DNA from: Longimicrobiales bacterium
GTDB lineage: Bacteria > Gemmatimonadota > Gemmatimonadetes > Longimicrobiales > Gaopeijiaceae
Direction: 5' to 3'
DNA length: 64,000 nt
Assembly (NCBI GenBank): GCA_965249725.1
Contig: CBDFMQ010000001.1
Span: 128,001 to 192,000, forward strand
Positions 60,385-64,000 of this stretch are shown here, piece after piece. Below the pieces are notes generated by a model. The model made no database searches. It saw only the letters and a program-made list of their open reading frames with translations, and had not been told where the DNA came from. The position numbers and the translations under genes are program-made. The first letter of the stretch is position 1. Each line of letters starts with the position of its first letter.

Positions 60385-60923
60385 TATTCGAGCCTTTCCC
60401 TGAGCAGGGCGACGACCGGCCTCGACTCTCGTCGAGCCTCGGACCAGAGACCGATCACGCCTTCGACATCATCGTCGGAAGTCATGACCCGGCTGGGTAT
60501 CCCCCAGGTGCGGAGGGTCGGCTCTGTGAGGAGCGGGGTCGAGTCCACGTCGGGCCGGACGAGCGCGGCACGGTCCGGGGGATCGTACGCCGGACTCAAA
60601 CCTGCCTCGGTCATCTTTCGGTATCCGCGATAGGTCACCAGACACAGTACGGGGGCCCCCATGCGAGACACTGTCCCTCGCAGGCTGTCGCCGCTCTCGA
60701 GAAGACCCGTGTTCTGCACGACGACAACGGGCTCACGACCACCCATCCACAGACCGGCAGCCAAGGCGAAGGCCTCGCCCTCTCTGGTTACCGGCACGTA
60801 GCGCGTGTCTGGGCTGGTCTCCGCCGCGTCGACGAGGGCGGAGGAGATGGTATCGGGAAGCCCCACGAGGTGGGTCATGCCGTGTCCGACGAGGGCCTGC
60901 AGCAGATGTGAGGCAGAGGGCAT
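60384..60923 (-). CDS. Sulfopyruvate/phosphonopyruvate decarboxylase alpha-like subunit
   Basis: GLPDT, TREGEAFALAAG, QNTGL, YRG and TEPTL. Confidence 0.82.
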   Translation of the reverse strand: MPSASHLLQALVGHGMTHLVGLPDTISSALVDAAETSPDTRYVPVTREGEAFALAAGLWMGGREPVVVVQNTGLLESGDSLRGTVSRMGAPVLCLVTYRGYRKMTEAGLSPAYDPPDRAALVRPDVDSTPLLTEPTLRTWGIPSRVMTSDDDVEGVIGLWSEARRESRPVVALLRERLE

Positions 60924-61107
60924 GGTCGACCATCATGGATGGTAATTCCTGGGGAAGCCTGATGCGTGATGTACCATCCGGCCGTCGTTGGTTCAAGCGG
61001 CAGGCCGATCACCAGAGAATGAATGCCTTGTCTTGGTCCTTAAGTGTTGACTAATGTTAAAGTTACGCTGATGCCCCAGGATCACACGCCCTTTGGGGGA
61101 AGTTTCC

Positions 61108-61554
61108 ATGGACCAGACGACCATTCTTGTCGTCGAAGACAACGAAGATCACGCCGCGTTGATCAAGGCGGTCTTCGCTCGCGGGTATCAGCAGGCGCGT
61201 GTGCATGTTGCCGTCCGGGGCGAAGGTGCGAAACGCTACCTACGCGGCGAGTGGCCCTCGTACGAGGACGACGAAGAGTACTGCCCGTTGCCGACCCTCA
61301 TGGTCCTGGACCTTTGGCTGCCCGACATGACCGGTCTCGACATTCTTGAGTGGATGCGTGATCACGAGCAGCTCAGCAAGATTCCGGTCATCATGTTCAC
61401 GGCCTCGACCAACCCGGAGCACGCCCGCAGAGCTCTTGCGCTGGGCGTGCGTCGCTGCCTCCAGAAGCCGGCCCACTTCGGCGACCTGGTGGAGGCGGTC
61501 AAGCAGGAGATCGCGGAGTTGGGCGAGAAGCGGACCAACACGGCCACCGGCTGA
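61108..61554 (+). CDS. Single-domain response regulator (receiver only)
   Basis: ILVVEDN, LDLWLPDMTG, IPVIMFT and LQKP. Confidence 0.9.
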   Translation: MDQTTILVVEDNEDHAALIKAVFARGYQQARVHVAVRGEGAKRYLRGEWPSYEDDEEYCPLPTLMVLDLWLPDMTGLDILEWMRDHEQLSKIPVIMFTASTNPEHARRALALGVRRCLQKPAHFGDLVEAVKQEIAELGEKRTNTATG

Positions 61555-61682
61555 CCCGATCCGGCTGGAGCGGACGGATGCGCCGCTCCACGCTCCAGTA
61601 GGTCTGTTCGCGTTGCGCCCCCCTCATACCCCCCGTAGCCTGCCTCCTAGTCTCTCCTCCTCGGATGGCAGGACGCTTCGCC

Positions 61683-62010
61683 ATGACGCCGACCCGCCCA
61701 CTACACCCGCGGCTTGGTGGGCATGTTCACCTTCATCATCTTGCTGGCGACACTGAACACGCTGATGCCCTACACATTCTGCTCTTTGGCCCACTTCTTG
61801 GCTCCCCGAAAACCCGGAGACGGAGGCAGGAAAGGTCCGCGAGGCCACTCGGTGGTGTCGGCTTTGGCGTTTGGTTATGCGGCCTGGGCGATCATGGGAG
61901 CAGGCAGGGAAGCGGTCTACTGGGGCAGCCTATTGCTCCTGGCCGGGATTCCCGTTTTCGTTTGGTTGAAGAGGCGCTCTTCTGGAGGATTCGACACCGC
62001 CCACCCCTGA
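61683..62010 (+). pseudogene. C-terminal remnant of an APC antiporter (ArcD-like) upstream of arcA
   Basis: YTRGLVGMFTFIILLATL...PY...AFGYAAWAIMGAG.EAVYWG.LLLLAGIPVF represent only the last 3 TMs. An out-of-frame ATG lies at 61683. Confidence 0.65.
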
Positions 62011-62026
62011 TCCTGGAGCACCTGCC

Positions 62027-63388
62027 TTGGCCGCTGGGAACCCAGATGAGCTGACGACCACCCCCGAGCAAGAGTCGAAGCTCGGGGTGCCGCCGAACGA
62101 GGACCCGGGATCCGAGGCTGCGGCGTTCGGAGTCGCTTCCGAGGTCGGCCGGCTTCGCAAGGTCTTGGTCCACCGCCCCGATTTGAGCCTCCAGCGACTC
62201 ACCCCCTCGAACGCCCGGGATCTCCTCTTCGACGACGTTCTGTGGGTCCGTAAGGCGAGGGAGCAGCACGACGTCTTCGTGGACCACCTTCGGGAACGCG
62301 GAGTCGAAGTGTACCTGCTTCGAGATCTCCTTTCGGAGACGCTGACGCTGAACCCTCAGGCTCGTCAGGCCGCTGTCGAACAGGTCGTGACGGCGTTGAC
62401 GGTCGGCGTCTCGCTGGTCGACGAGATCCGCGCCTACCTGCTCGAAATGGACCCCGACACGCTTGCAACGCATCTCATCGGAGGGCTGACCCACCGAGAG
62501 GTAGAAGGGCTGGACCTGGGCAGTTCGCTCACCGCCCGGGCCGAAGAGCATACCCCGTTCATTCTGCCGCCGCTCCCGAACTCACTCTTCACTCGAGACT
62601 CGTCCTGCTGGATCTACAACGGTGTGACCTTGAACCCGATGTACTACCGGGCCCGACGTCTGGAGACGGTCAACGTGGGCCTCATCTACACGGGTCACCC
62701 TCTGTTCGTCGGAGCCGACTTCGAGTTCTGGTATCCTCGCGACGACGGTGGCGGTGGCCGTAACGGCGACGGTGGCCGAAGTGCCGAAGACTTCGGTCGA
62801 GCCTCCCTCGAGGGTGGCGACGTCATGCCCATCGGCAACAAGACGGTCCTCATGGGCCTGAGCGAGCGGACAACGGCCCGGATGGTCGAGTTGCTCGCCA
62901 AGACGCTGTTCGAAGCGGGGGCCGCAGAGCGCGTGATCGCCTGTGAAGTGGGTCGAGACCGGGCCCACATGCATCTAGACACCGTATTCACCATGGTGGA
63001 TGTGGACGCCGTTACGGTCTACCCGAAGGTGGTAGACGCTATCAAGGCGTATAGTCTGCGTCCTTCCGACCAGGAGGATGGTCGGCTGTCCGTGCGGGAA
63101 GAGACGAGCTTACTCGACGCCGTGCAGGATGCACTGGGCGTAGGGAAGCTGCGCGTCATCGGAACGGGGGGTGACGAATTCCAGGCCGAGCGAGAACAGT
63201 GGGACGACGGCAACAACCTGCTCGCGATCGAGCCGGGGGTCGTGGTGGCATACTCGCGAAACGAATACACCAACACGCGGCTTCGAAAAGCCGGAGTCGA
63301 GGTCATCACGGTGGACGGGGCCGAGCTGGGGCGGGGTCGTGGTGGCGGACACTGCATGACTTGCCCGCTCCTGCGCGATGCGGTTTGA
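62027..63388 (+). CDS. arcA: Arginine deiminase
   Basis: [50 protein letters not shown] and [10 protein letters not shown]. Confidence 0.96.
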   Translation: MAAGNPDELTTTPEQESKLGVPPNEDPGSEAAAFGVASEVGRLRKVLVHRPDLSLQRLTPSNARDLLFDDVLWVRKAREQHDVFVDHLRERGVEVYLLRDLLSETLTLNPQARQAAVEQVVTALTVGVSLVDEIRAYLLEMDPDTLATHLIGGLTHREVEGLDLGSSLTARAEEHTPFILPPLPNSLFTRDSSCWIYNGVTLNPMYYRARRLETVNVGLIYTGHPLFVGADFEFWYPRDDGGGGRNGDGGRSAEDFGRASLEGGDVMPIGNKTVLMGLSERTTARMVELLAKTLFEAGAAERVIACEVGRDRAHMHLDTVFTMVDVDAVTVYPKVVDAIKAYSLRPSDQEDGRLSVREETSLLDAVQDALGVGKLRVIGTGGDEFQAEREQWDDGNNLLAIEPGVVVAYSRNEYTNTRLRKAGVEVITVDGAELGRGRGGGHCMTCPLLRDAV

Positions 63389-63504
63389 GGCCGTCGGTGT
63401 CCCGCCCGCGATCGGCTGGACTTCTATAACAGGCTTCTAGGCCCGATCATTAGGTGACGTCCCGCTACGCTCTGGCAACAGATCTACTCTATCGGAGAAC
63501 CTGC

Positions 63505-64000
63505 ATGACCGTGGACCTCAGGGGGCGGCACTTCCTGAAGCTCGAGGACTTCGCGCCGACGGAGATCCGCCACCTCCTAGACCTCGCCGCGGAACTGAAG
63601 CGGGCGAAGACAGAGGGCTTCGAGGAGCCGCAGCTCGGCGGCAAGAACGTCGCCCTGATCTTCGAGAAGACCTCGACCCGCACGCGGTGCGCCTTCGAGG
63701 TCGCAGCTTACGACCAAGGGGCTCGTGTGACCTATCTGGGGCCCACGGGCTCGCAGATCGGAAACAAGGAGTCGATGAAGGACGTCGCGAGGGTGCTTGG
63801 CCGCATGTATGACGGCATCGAGTACCGCGGCTTCGCTCAGGAGACCGTCGAGGAGCTAGGCGCCTTCGCGGGCGTTCCGGTGTGGAACGGCCTGACCGAC
63901 GAGTTCCATCCGACCCAGATTCTCGCAGACTTTCTCACCATGGAGGAACACGCGGGCAAGCCTCTGTCGGAGATCTCGTACTGCTACCTCGGGGATGCTC
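63505..64000 (+). CDS. arcB: Ornithine carbamoyltransferase, catabolic (3' end outside window)
   Basis: GGAG RBS, ATG at 63505; [24 protein letters not shown] and [11 protein letters not shown]; follows arcA. Confidence 0.93.
   Translation, partial: MTVDLRGRHFLKLEDFAPTEIRHLLDLAAELKRAKTEGFEEPQLGGKNVALIFEKTSTRTRCAFEVAAYDQGARVTYLGPTGSQIGNKESMKDVARVLGRMYDGIEYRGFAQETVEELGAFAGVPVWNGLTDEFHPTQILADFLTMEEHAGKPLSEISYCYLGDA

Noticed and set aside
4468..63388. Cyanophycinase linked to arginine deiminase as one pathway
   Set aside because: Genes are about 57 kb apart, no isoaspartyl dipeptidase is seen, and S51 substrate specificity is uncertain.
1..64000. CRISPR arrays, tRNA/rRNA, IS elements, prophage or defence systems
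   Set aside because: No repeat-spacer arrays, cloverleafs, transposases, integrases or defence domains were recognised by eye; a covariance-model scan was not run.

Overview
High-GC bacterial chromosomal segment. The gene style (many secreted peptidases and lipoproteins, Ig-like lipoproteins, a four-gene minor-pilin set) is reminiscent of Gemmatimonadota, but this is inference only. I found no rRNA, tRNA, CRISPR array or transposase. Housekeeping and metabolic genes include ppk1 (partial), pdxH, a fatty-acid desaturase, fhs, kbl with a tdh-like gene, a GH4 glycosidase with an SSS transporter, a sulfopyruvate-decarboxylase-like pair, and arcA/arcB. Highlights: (1) two selenoproteins that the ORF track splits at an in-frame UGA, an NAD-linked formate dehydrogenase alpha subunit (33107-35827) and a DUF3179-like UxxC protein (8484-9536), each followed by a SECIS-like hairpin; (2) two apparently uncharacterised outer-membrane redox modules, a cytochrome c/beta-barrel fusion with a type-1 copper partner (47168-49014, divergent from a 4-TM + HhH-repeat pair) and a beta-barrel/cupredoxin fusion with an amicyanin-like lipoprotein and a polyproline-Ig-CX4CH cytochrome lipoprotein (18167-20538); (3) a metal-homeostasis locus with a perfect DtxR-type operator between a P1B ATPase and a membrane-anchored DtxR-FeoA-FeoA/feoB operon; (4) many frameshifts, a nonsense codon, gene remnants and a deletion-generated chimera, indicating gene erosion or assembly error.
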